A DNA stretch of 64,000 bases from Candidatus Dojkabacteria bacterium (GTDB lineage Bacteria > Patescibacteriota > Dojkabacteria > J137): contig AP024679.1 in assembly GCA_025999215.1 (NCBI GenBank), forward strand, positions 505,924 through 569,923, written 5' to 3'. Below, in pieces: positions 48,665 through 59,390 of the stretch (position 1 is its first letter; each line of letters opens with the position of its first letter). Made by a program: the position numbers and the translations under genes. The notes beneath the pieces were generated by a model. That model was not told the DNA's origin and searched no databases. It worked only from the letters and a program-made list of their open reading frames with translations.

Positions 48665-48973
48665 TTAGGATTCAGGTAGGTTCTCGAATAAGCTATAATT
48701 AATAAGCCAATCTTGATATTCTTTAAGAGCATTAAGTATTCTTTCATACTCTTCTTCAGCTTCTTTTTCATTGCAATTTGTATTAACAAGTCTATCTTCA
48801 ATAATTTGATTTATTATTTTAATTTTTTGTTCCTCCCAGTTTCGTAAAACTCTTCGAACGCGTTCTTTTTCGTGTTGTATAGTATTGCCTTCTAATCGCT
48901 CTTTTCGATTTTGTTTATACTTGGGATCTATATAAGTTATTATAGCACTCAAAATTCTCTCAGCCTTATGCAA
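48665..48973 (-). CDS. hypothetical protein (TTG start); possible 29-codon upstream fragment MAEAFNHSCEHGGGNERF... in another frame
   Basis: ORF only. Charged, helix-rich sequence. Confidence 0.25.
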   Translation of the reverse strand: MHKAERILSAIITYIDPKYKQNRKERLEGNTIQHEKERVRRVLRNWEEQKIKIINQIIEDRLVNTNCNEKEAEEEYERILNALKEYQDWLINYSLFENLPES

Positions 48974-49057
48974 TATTTCTTTCTAGAAATTCAGCCTCAT
49001 CAAATCTCTCATTCCCACCCCCATGCTCACAGCTATGATTAAAAGCTTCAGCCATAT

Positions 49058-50440
49058 CTATAATTTGTTTTTAAAAATAAATTCTTTTTTTATATAACTT
49101 TGTAATGCCTCTGGAACTTTTATTGAGCCGTCAGATTGTTGGTAGTGTTCAATTATTGCTATCAATATTCTATGTGTAACTGCAGTGTCGTTTAAGGTAT
49201 GAACAAAACTTAGTTCATTATTTTCATTTTTGTATTTAATATTTAATCTTCTTGATTGATAATCAGTAGTGATGCTGTTTGACATAATTTCCGTAAAACA
49301 TTTTTGGCTTGGTGTCCAGAATTCAATATCGTATTTTTTGGCTGCTGCGTAGTAACCTAAATCACCAATACACATATTGATTACATGATATGGAATTTTT
49401 AATTCTTGAAGTAACCATTCATTTAAACTTAGTAAGTATTCGTGCATTTTTCTACTTTCTTCTAAATCATTTTTACAAATTATATTCATTTCTAGTTTTT
49501 CAAATTGGTGAGCTCGTTTAATTCCCCGAACATCTTTACCCCAGCTTCCAGCTTCACTTCGAAAACATGTGCTTCGCGCCATTAGTTTTATTGGTAAATC
49601 ATCTAAATTCAGTGTTTTATTCATGAATTTTGCAAAATTAGAGGGTTCGGAAGAGCCAACCAAGTACAAATCATTTGAATCTTCAATATTTTTGCTTTCG
49701 ATTTTGTAAACTTGATCCGCATCACCTGGAAAATGGCTAGAACCATACAATACGCTTTCCCTTACCAATAATGGAGAATACAAAGGAATAAAGCCTTCAC
49801 TTAGTAACTTTTGCCACATCAGTTGAACTACGGCTTCAAATAGCAATACACCATCACCCGATAAATAATAAAATCTTGAACCAGATGCTTTTGCTCCTGC
49901 CTGTAAATCTACAATTTTTAAATTATCTGCAACTTCCCAGTGTGGCAAGGTCTTAAACATTTCATCTTGATGTGACCCTTGATCATTCATGAACTTGCTT
50001 GAACCATCACAACCTTCAAGCATAGTTTCATCAAAATAACCAATTTCGGGATTCCAAGCTTTGATTTCAACATTATTCAGTTCACTTACTCCATCAGGAA
50101 CTTCATCGAGAGGTAAATTTGGTATCCAATCTAAAATTTCTTTCCATTCTTCTTCTATTTGACTTAATTTAGTTTCTAATTCCTCAACTTCAACTTTTAC
50201 CCTTTTAACTTCATTGATAATTTCAGGAGAAGGTTTACCTTTGAGACCTTTACTTAATTCGTTTCGTTTGTTTCTTTTTTTATTGATTTTTTTGATTAAT
50301 TCGTTTCTTTGTGTATCCAGTTTTAACCATTTTGAAATATCTGCCCTTTTGGCATCACCTCTTCCTTTTGCAATTAAATCAATATATTTTTGAGGATTAT
50401 TTCGTAAATCAGTTATATCTATCATATTTAATTTTAGCAA
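49058..50440 (-). CDS. serS: seryl-tRNA synthetase
   Basis: N-terminal coiled-coil arm. Class II motifs, including a CFRSEAGS-type motif 2 and GSSEPSNF/ARSTCFR context. Confidence 0.95.
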   Translation of the reverse strand: MLKLNMIDITDLRNNPQKYIDLIAKGRGDAKRADISKWLKLDTQRNELIKKINKKRNKRNELSKGLKGKPSPEIINEVKRVKVEVEELETKLSQIEEEWKEILDWIPNLPLDEVPDGVSELNNVEIKAWNPEIGYFDETMLEGCDGSSKFMNDQGSHQDEMFKTLPHWEVADNLKIVDLQAGAKASGSRFYYLSGDGVLLFEAVVQLMWQKLLSEGFIPLYSPLLVRESVLYGSSHFPGDADQVYKIESKNIEDSNDLYLVGSSEPSNFAKFMNKTLNLDDLPIKLMARSTCFRSEAGSWGKDVRGIKRAHQFEKLEMNIICKNDLEESRKMHEYLLSLNEWLLQELKIPYHVINMCIGDLGYYAAAKKYDIEFWTPSQKCFTEIMSNSITTDYQSRRLNIKYKNENNELSFVHTLNDTAVTHRILIAIIEHYQQSDGSIKVPEALQSYIKKEFIFKNKL

Positions 50441-50506
50441 ATATTTTATTTTTAATAAAATTTTAGCTTTTTTTATGATAAAATAATACTAGTTTTTACT
50501 CACTGT

Positions 50507-51973
50507 ATGCAAAAATTACAAAATTTAGAACAATTTAAAGCATGGGCAAAAGAAGCTGGATTTATTTTTCCTTCATCAGAAATTTACGGAGGGTTTCAAG
50601 CAATTTATGATTATGGTCATTATGGGTATTTGTTGAAAGAAAATGTAAAAAATGAGTGGCAAAAAGCTATGTGGCAAGAAAGAAGAGATATTGTGAGTTT
50701 GGATTCAGCAATTTTTATGCATCCAACTACTTGGGTAGCTTCGGGTCATGTAGGGGGTTTTTCAGATGTTTTGGTTGAAGACAAAAAAACTCACAAGCGT
50801 TATAGGGCTGATCATTTATTGGAAGATTGGGTTAAAAATGATCAAAATTTTAAAAACAAAAAAAATGAATTTATAGATTCCATATCTGATAAAGATGTTA
50901 AACAAGCTATAGAAAAGGAAGATTTTGATAAACTTAAACCTGAACAAATTGCTTCTCTAATTGAGCTTTTTGATATAAAAAGTCCTGATGGTCATGAACT
51001 AACTTACCCTAGGAATTTTAATTTGCTAGTAAAATCGAACTTAGGCACTACAGATTCATCGTTTAACGAAGATAATGTTACGTATTTAAGAGGGGAGACT
51101 TGTCAAGGGATTTACTTAAATTATAAAAATATTGTAGACAACATGAGAGTAAAAATACCTTTTGGTATTGCTCAAGTTGGAAAAGCCTTTAGGAATGAGA
51201 TTGTTGCTCGTCAATTTATTTTTAGAACTAGAGAATTTGAGCAAATGGAATTGCAATATTTTATTCATCCAGATAGTAATGACGAGACATTTGAAGAGTG
51301 GAAGCAAATAAGGTTAGATTGGTACATCAATAAACTAGGAATACCTAAGAGTGAATTAAATTTTAGACCTCATGAAAAGCTTGTTTTTTATGCAAAAGCT
51401 GCTGAAGATATAGTTTATAATTTTAAATCTATGGGTAAGTTTGATGAAATTGAGGGAATTCATGCTCGTTCTGACTATGATTTGTCTCAACATCAAAAAT
51501 TCTCTAAAGTAAAACTAGAATATTTTGATAACGAAAGAAATGAAAGATACATTCCATGGATAGTTGAAGCATCTTGTGGTTTAAATAGAATTGTAATGGC
51601 ACTTCTTGATAATTCGTGGACCAATGAAACTTTACCAGATGGGACTACTCGAATTGTTTTAAAACTTAAGAAAAGTATTGCGCCAATCAAAGTTGCAGTG
51701 CTTCCTCTTTCAAAAAAACCTGATTTAGTTAATATAAGTTTAAAAATTTGGGATACTTTGAAAGAAAACTTTATGGTTGAATATGATGAAAGAGGATCAA
51801 TTGGTAAAAGATACAGACGTCAAGATGAAATCGGAACTCCATTTTGTGTAACCGTTGATTTTCAAACACTAGAAGATAATAAAGTTACAGTGAGAGATAG
51901 AGATACAATGAAGCAGGAGAGAATAAATATCTCAAACATTACAGAGTACATTCAAAAAAATCTTGCTGAATAG
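50507..51973 (+). CDS. glyS: glycyl-tRNA synthetase, class II archaeal/eukaryal-type dimeric form
   Basis: N-terminal GGFQAIYDYGHYGYLLKENVKNEWQKAMW is a GlyRS-specific start. Motif 2 is FRNEIVARQFIFRTREFEQMELQYF and motif 3 is GLNRIV. Anticodon-binding C-terminus. Confidence 0.9.
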   Translation: MQKLQNLEQFKAWAKEAGFIFPSSEIYGGFQAIYDYGHYGYLLKENVKNEWQKAMWQERRDIVSLDSAIFMHPTTWVASGHVGGFSDVLVEDKKTHKRYRADHLLEDWVKNDQNFKNKKNEFIDSISDKDVKQAIEKEDFDKLKPEQIASLIELFDIKSPDGHELTYPRNFNLLVKSNLGTTDSSFNEDNVTYLRGETCQGIYLNYKNIVDNMRVKIPFGIAQVGKAFRNEIVARQFIFRTREFEQMELQYFIHPDSNDETFEEWKQIRLDWYINKLGIPKSELNFRPHEKLVFYAKAAEDIVYNFKSMGKFDEIEGIHARSDYDLSQHQKFSKVKLEYFDNERNERYIPWIVEASCGLNRIVMALLDNSWTNETLPDGTTRIVLKLKKSIAPIKVAVLPLSKKPDLVNISLKIWDTLKENFMVEYDERGSIGKRYRRQDEIGTPFCVTVDFQTLEDNKVTVRDRDTMKQERINISNITEYIQKNLAE

Positions 51974-52002
51974 TTTTTTATAAAAAAAATAATAATTTTG
52001 AT

Positions 52003-53202
52003 TTATTCTTCTGAAGTAAATTTAAATAACTTTATTTTTGTCTCTTTTTCAGTTCCGTCGCTGAAATATTTTACAGTTATTTCGTCACCTATCCTTTTAT
52101 TTTGGATTATGTTTAGCAAAGTGTTTTCTTCTGTAATTTTTTCACCATCGATTTCTAAAATTATATCGTAAGCTTTCAATCCTGCTTTATCTGCTGGACT
52201 ACCTTTTACAACTGCTGGTTCATCATTATTTCCTGGCACAAGCAATGCACCGTAATTTACACCAAGATTATTTTTTTCAGCAAATTCTTCAGTAACAATT
52301 CTATATCTAACGCCAAGCATTGGTCGTTCAATTGTTCCGAATTCTAAATATCTCTCCAAAACATCTTTTACCAAATCAATAGGAATTGCAAAACCAATGT
52401 TTTCAGCATTTTGTGCCACAGCCACATTTACTCCAATAACATTTCCATTTATATCTAAAAGTGGTCCTCCAGAATTTCCTTGATTAATACTTGCATCAGT
52501 TTGAATTAAATCATGAATCTGTTCTGTATTAAACCCACTCGCGTCACTTGCAATTATATCTCTACTTAGTCCTGATACTATACCTTTGCTTACAGTATTA
52601 CTAAATTGCCCAAGCGCATTACCAACAGCAATAACTGTTTGACCAACCTTTAGGTTGCTTGAACTTCCTAAGTTGAGAGCTGGTAAATTTTCAGCATCGA
52701 TCTTGATGATTGCTATGTCTAGCAGAGTATCGCGCGCAAGAACAGTAGCTTCAAATTTATCTCCATTTTCAAAAATGACTGTATAACTTGCATCCTCTAA
52801 ATTTACCACATGTCTATTCGTGATAATCAATCCATCTTCACTTACAACAAATCCAGTTCCTGCGCCTACTCTTCTTTCTTCTGTACCGCTTTGTCGTCTG
52901 CCTGGTATTCTAAATCCTTCAAAAAATGGATCACCTTCAAAAGGGTTATAATAGTAATTTTCGTATATGGGTACATCTTTAGTTATAATAATGCTAACTA
53001 CAGATTTACTAGCTTCTTGTGCTACATTAATTATATTTGATTCTTCATCAATTATTTCAACCGGTCTGTTTATGATCGCCTGTGTTGTCTCTCTGCTATT
53101 TTCAAATAGTTGAAAATATACAAATGCTCCACCAAAACCAGAGACAGATGAAAAAATAACAATCAAAACGAATGTTAAAAAAAGTGTAATTATTTTTCTC
53201 AT
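52003..53202 (-). CDS. HtrA/DegP-family serine protease with C-terminal PDZ domain
   Basis: His, Asp and Ser triad. GNSGGPLLDINGNVIGVN around the catalytic Ser. PDZ-like C-terminus. Confidence 0.9.
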   Translation of the reverse strand: MRKIITLFLTFVLIVIFSSVSGFGGAFVYFQLFENSRETTQAIINRPVEIIDEESNIINVAQEASKSVVSIIITKDVPIYENYYYNPFEGDPFFEGFRIPGRRQSGTEERRVGAGTGFVVSEDGLIITNRHVVNLEDASYTVIFENGDKFEATVLARDTLLDIAIIKIDAENLPALNLGSSSNLKVGQTVIAVGNALGQFSNTVSKGIVSGLSRDIIASDASGFNTEQIHDLIQTDASINQGNSGGPLLDINGNVIGVNVAVAQNAENIGFAIPIDLVKDVLERYLEFGTIERPMLGVRYRIVTEEFAEKNNLGVNYGALLVPGNNDEPAVVKGSPADKAGLKAYDIILEIDGEKITEENTLLNIIQNKRIGDEITVKYFSDGTEKETKIKLFKFTSEE

Positions 53203-53289
53203 ACTTAAAGTTTAATATTTTTGTTTTTAAGTTTCAAGTTTGGAATATTTTTCTTTTGTTAAAAATAAATTCGTGTTAAATTGTAAAGC

Positions 53290-54081
53290 ATGAAAGTTAT
53301 GAGTAATTCAACTAAATTTGCACACCTTGGAAAACCTGGAAGCATTTTTTCAAAAGGTTTTGAACGAAGGTTGAAAAAAATATTAGGTTTAGTGGATTTA
53401 AAAGATAAGAAGATTTTAGATTTAGGTGCTGGAGAAGGTGTTTGGATGATTCGATTTGCTGAGTTTACCTCTCCTGAAAACATTTATGGAGTTGATTATG
53501 ATGCTGAATCTTTAAAAAAATTTGAAGCCAATAACAATAAATCAAAAGTTAAAATTTCAACAAATAATTTCAAAATTGGTCCTGCAGAAAGTTTAGATTT
53601 TCCTGATAGTTTTTTTGACGTTGTTTTTCAAAACGAAGTTTTGGAGCATGTTGAAAATGATGTTAAAACTATAGAAGAGTGTCTAAGAGTTTTAAAAAAT
53701 GGTGGACATTTAATAATATTTACCCCTAACACTCTATGGCCTTTTGAGCAGCATGGAATTTTCGTTGGGAAGAAATATATTTGGGGAAATATTCCGTTAC
53801 TTCCATGGTTACCTAAATTTATTAAGAAAAAATTTGCTCCACATGTTAGAAATTATTCATGTAGAGATTTAAATAAAGTTTTTGAAAAGGCATCCTTAAA
53901 TACACAAATTAATTATCATGTAGTTTATCATAAACATGTTTTTCCTGGTTTTGATGGGCTAGAAAGAAGATATGGAGCCATTGGTAAAATAATTAAAAAA
54001 ATTTTTCATAAACTAGAAAAAACTCCATTAGGAATATTCGGAATAAGTCATTTGGTAATTATTGAAAAAGATAGTGAGTAA
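53290..54081 (+). CDS. class I SAM-dependent methyltransferase
   Basis: Motif I ILDLGAGEGVW and a post-I acidic residue (GVDYD). Methyltransf_11-like. Confidence 0.75.
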   Translation: MKVMSNSTKFAHLGKPGSIFSKGFERRLKKILGLVDLKDKKILDLGAGEGVWMIRFAEFTSPENIYGVDYDAESLKKFEANNNKSKVKISTNNFKIGPAESLDFPDSFFDVVFQNEVLEHVENDVKTIEECLRVLKNGGHLIIFTPNTLWPFEQHGIFVGKKYIWGNIPLLPWLPKFIKKKFAPHVRNYSCRDLNKVFEKASLNTQINYHVVYHKHVFPGFDGLERRYGAIGKIIKKIFHKLEKTPLGIFGISHLVIIEKDSE

Positions 54082-54082
54082 T

Positions 54083-54169
54083 TGGTACCGAGGACAGGAG
54101 TCGAACCTGCAAGCTCTTGCGAGCACTGGTTCCTAAGACCAGCGTGTCTACCAATTCCACCACCTCGGC
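54083..54169 (-). tRNA. tRNA-Leu (anticodon TAG), long variable arm, encoded CCA
   Basis: Reverse complement GCCGAGGTGGTGGAATTGGTAGACACG-CTGGT-CTTAGGA-ACCAG-...GGTTCGACTCC...CCTCGGTACCA. Anticodon loop CTTAGGA gives TAG. Confidence 0.85.
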
Positions 54170-54183
54170 TCGACTTTATTATA

Positions 54184-55779
54184 CTAAATTTGTTCAGATT
54201 TTGCCAATTTATTTTGTTCTGCTATTTTCTTTTCTGACCATGTTATAGCTTTTGCATGCTTTTGTCCTAACATCATTCTCGTAGTTGCGTCTATAAACGG
54301 TAAAAATCCATAAGATAAATAAACTACATAGCTCAATGGAATTTCAATGAAAAATAAAAATGCAAATTTTAAAAATGACATATTTTTTGGCCTTTCTGGA
54401 AGTAAATATAACTTAACAATAGAAGATGGCACTAAAAATAAAACTGCTAAAGTCATAAAAATTGACACCATTTCACGAGCAGAGACTGAAATAACAAGCT
54501 CATTAACTTTTGGATTTATCAATAAAACTATTGGAATTGTAAAAGAAAGTAAAAATGCAACAACCTTGAATAATACGAACTTTTCAAGCAAAATGTAAGT
54601 TTTATAAATTTTTTTCCAAATAGAAATTTTCTTATTTTTAAGCATAACTTTGAAGGCTATTGGTATGGTTACAACTCCCCATCCCCACCGGACATATTGT
54701 TTGTACTGATCAATATGATTTTTAAAATAATTATCATTGTAAACACCATCAGCATGAAGCGGAGAGAAAAAAACTTCACACCACCATTCACCATTAAAAT
54801 AATCGAATGGTCTCCAATAAAACGGAGTGTCATCTATTCCTAAGCTTGTATCCCAATAATTTACTGCTTTCATTACTCCCAAATTCATTGTAAACAACGA
54901 GTGAGTTTCTCTTTTTCTTTTTTCAACAACTGAAGATGCCAAAACAGGTATGGTGAGACTTATTGACAAAATCCTAATCATAATTGGAATATCCCAGTAA
55001 TTATTATTAAAAGTATACATTGCTGTTTGATAAAACTTTTTGTTTCTGTCTTTAGCAATTAACCATTTGTGGGTTAAATCTGCGAGATAATTTGGAGAAA
55101 TTAATATATCGCCATCAGGCGCAGATACCAAGAATTCATTTAGGTCATAACCTTTTTGTTCTAAAATCTCAACAGCTTTTTTGGTGCCCCAAGTTCTATT
55201 TGATGCAGCGCCTATTGCTTCACCAGGAATATCGTCTGGATGCACAAAAAACATTAACCTATCACCAAAAAAATCACCAAAATCTCTTTTTAAATATTCC
55301 CCCCGTTTTGCATAATCTGGATCTTTTTTAGCTTTGCGAGCTTCGATTGAAACAGATAAAAATAATTTTTCTTTGGGGTAATTTTGATTAATTATTCCAT
55401 TTATTGTTCTGGTTAAAACATCATAATCCTCTCCGTAATTTGCTATGACAATCAAATGATTAGGAAGAAGCGAATCTTTAGGCAAAGTTTCCGGATCAGG
55501 TAGCTTTTCTCTTTCTAGTTTAAGGCATTCTTGTAACCAATCTATTTTTTTTTGCTTGTTATATTTAATCAATCCTACAATTGAACCAATTGAAAAAATT
55601 GTGGCTCTATAAACCCAAAAAAGAGCTAAAATAATCATTGCATTGAAAACAATGTATGGAAAAGCAAGACCCATCCAAATGGGAGCGAGCAATAAAATCC
55701 AAATTAAAAATCCTGGAAGAATTTCAAAAAATCTTTGTAAAACTGAATCAAATCGGTCAACCCATGAATCTTTTTGCAT
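54184..55779 (-). CDS. membrane-embedded GT2-family processive glycosyltransferase-like protein
   Basis: N- and C-terminal TM helices flank a cytoplasmic domain with DGD (SAPDGDIL) and a Q-x-x-R-W-like QYVRWGWG motif. Confidence 0.5.
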   Translation of the reverse strand: MQKDSWVDRFDSVLQRFFEILPGFLIWILLLAPIWMGLAFPYIVFNAMIILALFWVYRATIFSIGSIVGLIKYNKQKKIDWLQECLKLEREKLPDPETLPKDSLLPNHLIVIANYGEDYDVLTRTINGIINQNYPKEKLFLSVSIEARKAKKDPDYAKRGEYLKRDFGDFFGDRLMFFVHPDDIPGEAIGAASNRTWGTKKAVEILEQKGYDLNEFLVSAPDGDILISPNYLADLTHKWLIAKDRNKKFYQTAMYTFNNNYWDIPIMIRILSISLTIPVLASSVVEKRKRETHSLFTMNLGVMKAVNYWDTSLGIDDTPFYWRPFDYFNGEWWCEVFFSPLHADGVYNDNYFKNHIDQYKQYVRWGWGVVTIPIAFKVMLKNKKISIWKKIYKTYILLEKFVLFKVVAFLLSFTIPIVLLINPKVNELVISVSAREMVSIFMTLAVLFLVPSSIVKLYLLPERPKNMSFLKFAFLFFIEIPLSYVVYLSYGFLPFIDATTRMMLGQKHAKAITWSEKKIAEQNKLAKSEQI

Positions 55780-55794
55780 AGTTTAATCTTAATT

Positions 55795-56217
55795 TTATTT
55801 AAAAATTTTTACAAGTCTGTGTTTTGATTTTGAATATATAAAGCAAACCTTATCGCGAACTTCTGGAATTTCATCTCCACTAGCTATTGCGTTGTTGCAT
55901 GTTTCACCAACATAAAAAGGTGTTGGATTAACTGCTGTAAAATTTAAATAAATCAGAAAACTTTCTCCTGGCTCAAGATCACCCAAAATAGAGTTTGTAA
56001 TATCTGCAATGTAAATTTGAGAGTTATTTTGCTCAGTTATAATTTGTGAAATATCGTTAATGGTTAAATTGTTTTTGATAATGTAGCCATTGTTAAATCT
56101 AATATAATTTGAATCCCATCTATCCCAAAACTCTACAACATTAAGTGTCGTGTTCCCTGTATTTGTTATAATAATTTCAAAATTTATTTGTTCACCAATA
56201 AGATAAGTCCTTCTCAT
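55795..56217 (-). CDS. DUF11/CARDB-like beta-sandwich domain; probable C-terminal part of the Cys-rich secreted protein
   Basis: IITNTGNTTLNVVEFWDRWD...LEPGESFLIYLNFTA is a typical DUF11 repeat. Overlaps 56192..56836 in another frame. Confidence 0.45.
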   Translation of the reverse strand: MRRTYLIGEQINFEIIITNTGNTTLNVVEFWDRWDSNYIRFNNGYIIKNNLTINDISQIITEQNNSQIYIADITNSILGDLEPGESFLIYLNFTAVNPTPFYVGETCNNAIASGDEIPEVRDKVCFIYSKSKHRLVKIFK

Positions 56218-56836
56218 TTAAAATTCTTTTATCTATTGACATTGACGTTTGACTTTCTTCAAACATACAATTTAAATTACAATTTTCATCAACAGCATAA
56301 TCACACTCTTCGTTACTTTGCCTTATTCCATCACCACAAAACGTGCATGAATATTGTGTTGGAGGTTCATTTGAGCTATTGAGAATGTCTCTACAGTTGG
56401 CTACTAGTTGACCTGAAGGTGGAGCGCCCAAAGCAGTACATCGCCTAAAAGTTTGAGAGTTTTCCTCTACCCTTTCACACAGTTCTCCTTCTTCACAAAT
56501 AGCATTTCCACAAAATGTTGAAGATTGAGCTTGACATGTTGGGCTATCTGGAAACTCAGGATTTACACATACTCCTCTAGTCGTGTCACATACCAAATTG
56601 TCTCTACATCCAAAAGTTGCATTGCATTGTTCATAACAGCCTGGGAGATCAACGGATTGTCTACAATACCTATAAATTATTGATGGGTTATCACAACCTG
56701 GACATCTTCCCACAACTAGTAAATTTTCTTGTTTAATGCAAAATGGATCACCAGCATGATCCTGCACTTGTGCCGCAGTCTTCCCATCCTTGTGGACAAG
56801 CTGGTGGTTCTGCATACGGATTTCCCAAGCATCCAT
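56192..56836 (-). CDS. cysteine-rich secreted protein, middle part
   Basis: About 30 Cys in 214 aa in repeated C-x-x-C/C-x-C spacing. ~45% GC. Overlaps neighbours 55795..56217 and 56748..57092 in different frames. Confidence 0.45.
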   Translation of the reverse strand: MDAWEIRMQNHQLVHKDGKTAAQVQDHAGDPFCIKQENLLVVGRCPGCDNPSIIYRYCRQSVDLPGCYEQCNATFGCRDNLVCDTTRGVCVNPEFPDSPTCQAQSSTFCGNAICEEGELCERVEENSQTFRRCTALGAPPSGQLVANCRDILNSSNEPPTQYSCTFCGDGIRQSNEECDYAVDENCNLNCMFEESQTSMSIDKRILNEKDLSYW

Positions 56837-57092
56837 TGTTCCACGACGGTTGCTGATCCCAGTTCATGCACACACAAAACCCACTTGTTACTTCACCGGT
56901 TGTGCAATAGGTTGCCTGGGGATATTCACAGTTTAGTGCATGGCAATCCTGTGCAGTTTGGCAAGGCGAACCAACTTGTACTTGAGCATTAAGCTCGTTT
57001 TGGTTTAGGGTAGAATTTATTGAACCAATAAAAAGAAAAAAAATTAATAAACTATAAATAATCAATAAAGTCAGCAGAAAATTTCTTCTCAT
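56748..57092 (-). CDS. cysteine-rich secreted protein, N-terminal part with signal peptide
   Basis: MRRNFLLTLLIIYSLLIFFLFIGSINS is a signal peptide. It is followed by a Cys-rich domain. Confidence 0.45.
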   Translation of the reverse strand: MRRNFLLTLLIIYSLLIFFLFIGSINSTLNQNELNAQVQVGSPCQTAQDCHALNCEYPQATYCTTGEVTSGFCVCMNWDQQPSWNNGCLGNPYAEPPACPQGWEDCGTSAGSCW

Positions 57093-57142
57093 AGTTTTAA
57101 TGTTATAATTTGAGTGATTATAGCATGATGTAAAAGGTTACA

Positions 57143-58054
57143 ATGAAAAAAGAAGACAGAAACACTTTTTTGACTATAGGTATAATTCTACTGGTGTGTA
57201 TTATTGCCTTGGTCGCTATTTTGAATATTGTTTGGAATATTATGAAGCCGCTCTTGAATAGCACTACGAATGCAACAACAAGCGAAATTAGAGCAGAAAT
57301 TATTGAAACAGATTATAATTTTGAGATTGAGGTTGAGAGCGTATCTAACAAAGATAATGATAATGAATTAAATCAAGAACAAGAAAAAAAGGACTACAGA
57401 ACTATACTAAAATCTTTAAAAACTCTTGCTAAACTTAAACAAGATATCCAATCGGAATCACCTCAAATTACACCAAACATAGAGGAAACTAACCATGAAA
57501 GCCCAATTGAACAATTAAATTACAATTTTGAAGTGCCAGAAAATAATCTACCTTCAGAACAAAATGAATTTGAAGATACGAGTTTACAAAACTTGCCTGA
57601 TGAAATTGTAAATGATGCTATTTTTGCTGAGCAACAATTTCAAGCAGGTACAACTCAGATAAATATGCAGATTAAAATTCCTAAAATTGGTGTGGATGCG
57701 CCGGTGGTTCAAGGTTTTGGTGCAAGCGAGCTATTGAAAATAGGTTTCTGGGTTCATCCTGCATCATACAATTTAGGTCAAGGTGAATTTGTGTTGTTGT
57801 GCCACAGAAGATATTTTGGTCCAAACCATCCAAAAAGTTGTTGGTATTTAGATAAGTTAGAAATTGGAGACGAGATTAGTTTTGATTTGTTCGGTGAAAA
57901 ATTAACATATAATGTGGTGGGTACTAATGTTTTTGATTCTAACGATCCGGTTATCTATACTATGTCACCTTACAATGATTACGTAAAAATTGTAACTTGT
58001 CATCCATTATATTCTAATGAGCAGCGTTTAGTGGTACTTGCAGAAAGAATTTAA
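57143..58054 (+). CDS. sortase-family transpeptidase
   Basis: N-terminal membrane anchor. Catalytic His context VLLCHRRYFGP. TLxTC-type active-site Cys in YVKIVTCHPLYS. Confidence 0.7.
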   Translation: MKKEDRNTFLTIGIILLVCIIALVAILNIVWNIMKPLLNSTTNATTSEIRAEIIETDYNFEIEVESVSNKDNDNELNQEQEKKDYRTILKSLKTLAKLKQDIQSESPQITPNIEETNHESPIEQLNYNFEVPENNLPSEQNEFEDTSLQNLPDEIVNDAIFAEQQFQAGTTQINMQIKIPKIGVDAPVVQGFGASELLKIGFWVHPASYNLGQGEFVLLCHRRYFGPNHPKSCWYLDKLEIGDEISFDLFGEKLTYNVVGTNVFDSNDPVIYTMSPYNDYVKIVTCHPLYSNEQRLVVLAERI

Positions 58055-59199
58055 ATGTTTCTAATTCTGCTTATATTCAGTAAAAGACCTGTGGCCATTA
58101 AAAGTGCTATTACACTACTTCCACCGTAAGATAAAAAAGGTAAGGGAATACCTCCAAAGGGAATTACGCTTAAATTTGCAGCGATATTTAGATATGCTTG
58201 TATTGATATCCATGAAGTTATGCCAACTGCAACAAGTGATCCAAATTTATCTGAGCAATTTTTGGCAATATCAACACCAACTTTTGAAAGATACAAAAAG
58301 CAACCAATTACTATTAAACTTCCGAATATTCCAAATTCTTCTCCTATTACCGCAAAAATTGAATCAGTATATGCTGCCTCCTGAAGGAACCCATGTTTAG
58401 TTCGAGATTCTGTGTAACCCTTGCCAAAAATCCCTCCACTACCTATTGCTATAATCCCACTCCAAGTTTGAAAATTCTGATCTCTGGCGCTTTCATCTGA
58501 AGGTTCGCCATTTAAAATTATTTCTAAATATCCTTGAAATCTTTGCGCCCTGTAATCCTCTAGTTGAATTGCGAGTAAACCTACAGAAAATGATAAAATC
58601 AGCAATGAAACTATAGCTAATGTGTAAATTTTTTCGTTGAAAGCAACAAAAAATATACTAAAAATAGTTAATACTAAAATTGCTGTTGTGTCTAAATCTC
58701 TTTGAGCTAAAACAAGTAAACTTACAATTCCTAATGGAATCAGAAATTTTAGAATAATTTTAACGTGATCTTCTGTTGATGAGCTTTTTTTAATTTCTTT
58801 TTCAATGCTAGTAAGCCAAGCGGATGCATAAATTATATATGCTAATTTTATAAATTCAACAATTTGAATCTCAGTTACTCCAACGTCAATCCAACGTACA
58901 GCTCCATTTCTTTCAATCACAAATGGCAAGTTGATTTTGAAAACTGCTTCAATTGCAATTATTAAAAGAAAAAACAATCCAATTGATAAAAATAAAAAGG
59001 AGTTTTTTTTGAAAAAATTTAGAGGAAATATAAACATAAAAATTGATAGAATGCCTCCCACAAAAATCCAAGCAAGTTGTCGTTTGACAAAGAAAAATGC
59101 ATCAGAGTTATATTCAACTTTGTTTGCAACTGTGGGCGCACTTGCGCTAAAAATCATCAATAATCCTATAGTTAGCAACAAAGTTACAACTCCTATCAA
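58051..59199 (-). CDS. SEDS-family peptidoglycan glycosyltransferase (FtsW/RodA)
   Basis: Ten predicted TM helices. Conserved C-terminal PFLSYGGSS motif and a large extracytoplasmic loop. Confidence 0.85.
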   Translation of the reverse strand: MIGVVTLLLTIGLLMIFSASAPTVANKVEYNSDAFFFVKRQLAWIFVGGILSIFMFIFPLNFFKKNSFLFLSIGLFFLLIIAIEAVFKINLPFVIERNGAVRWIDVGVTEIQIVEFIKLAYIIYASAWLTSIEKEIKKSSSTEDHVKIILKFLIPLGIVSLLVLAQRDLDTTAILVLTIFSIFFVAFNEKIYTLAIVSLLILSFSVGLLAIQLEDYRAQRFQGYLEIILNGEPSDESARDQNFQTWSGIIAIGSGGIFGKGYTESRTKHGFLQEAAYTDSIFAVIGEEFGIFGSLIVIGCFLYLSKVGVDIAKNCSDKFGSLVAVGITSWISIQAYLNIAANLSVIPFGGIPLPFLSYGGSSVIALLMATGLLLNISRIRNI

Positions 59200-59390
59200 C
59201 CTAAAATCTGGAGCTTTTTGTTTTGCTGTTTATTTTTTTTAAAAAAGATGGTTTTGTGCGTGACCTATATATTTTCTTTTCCTTTCTTCATGCCTCTAAG
59301 TATACATTAATTTTTAATTGTACATAAACTTGATAAAAATTGATTAAAGAGATAGAATAAGAAAGCTTATTTTAAAACTAAATTTAACGA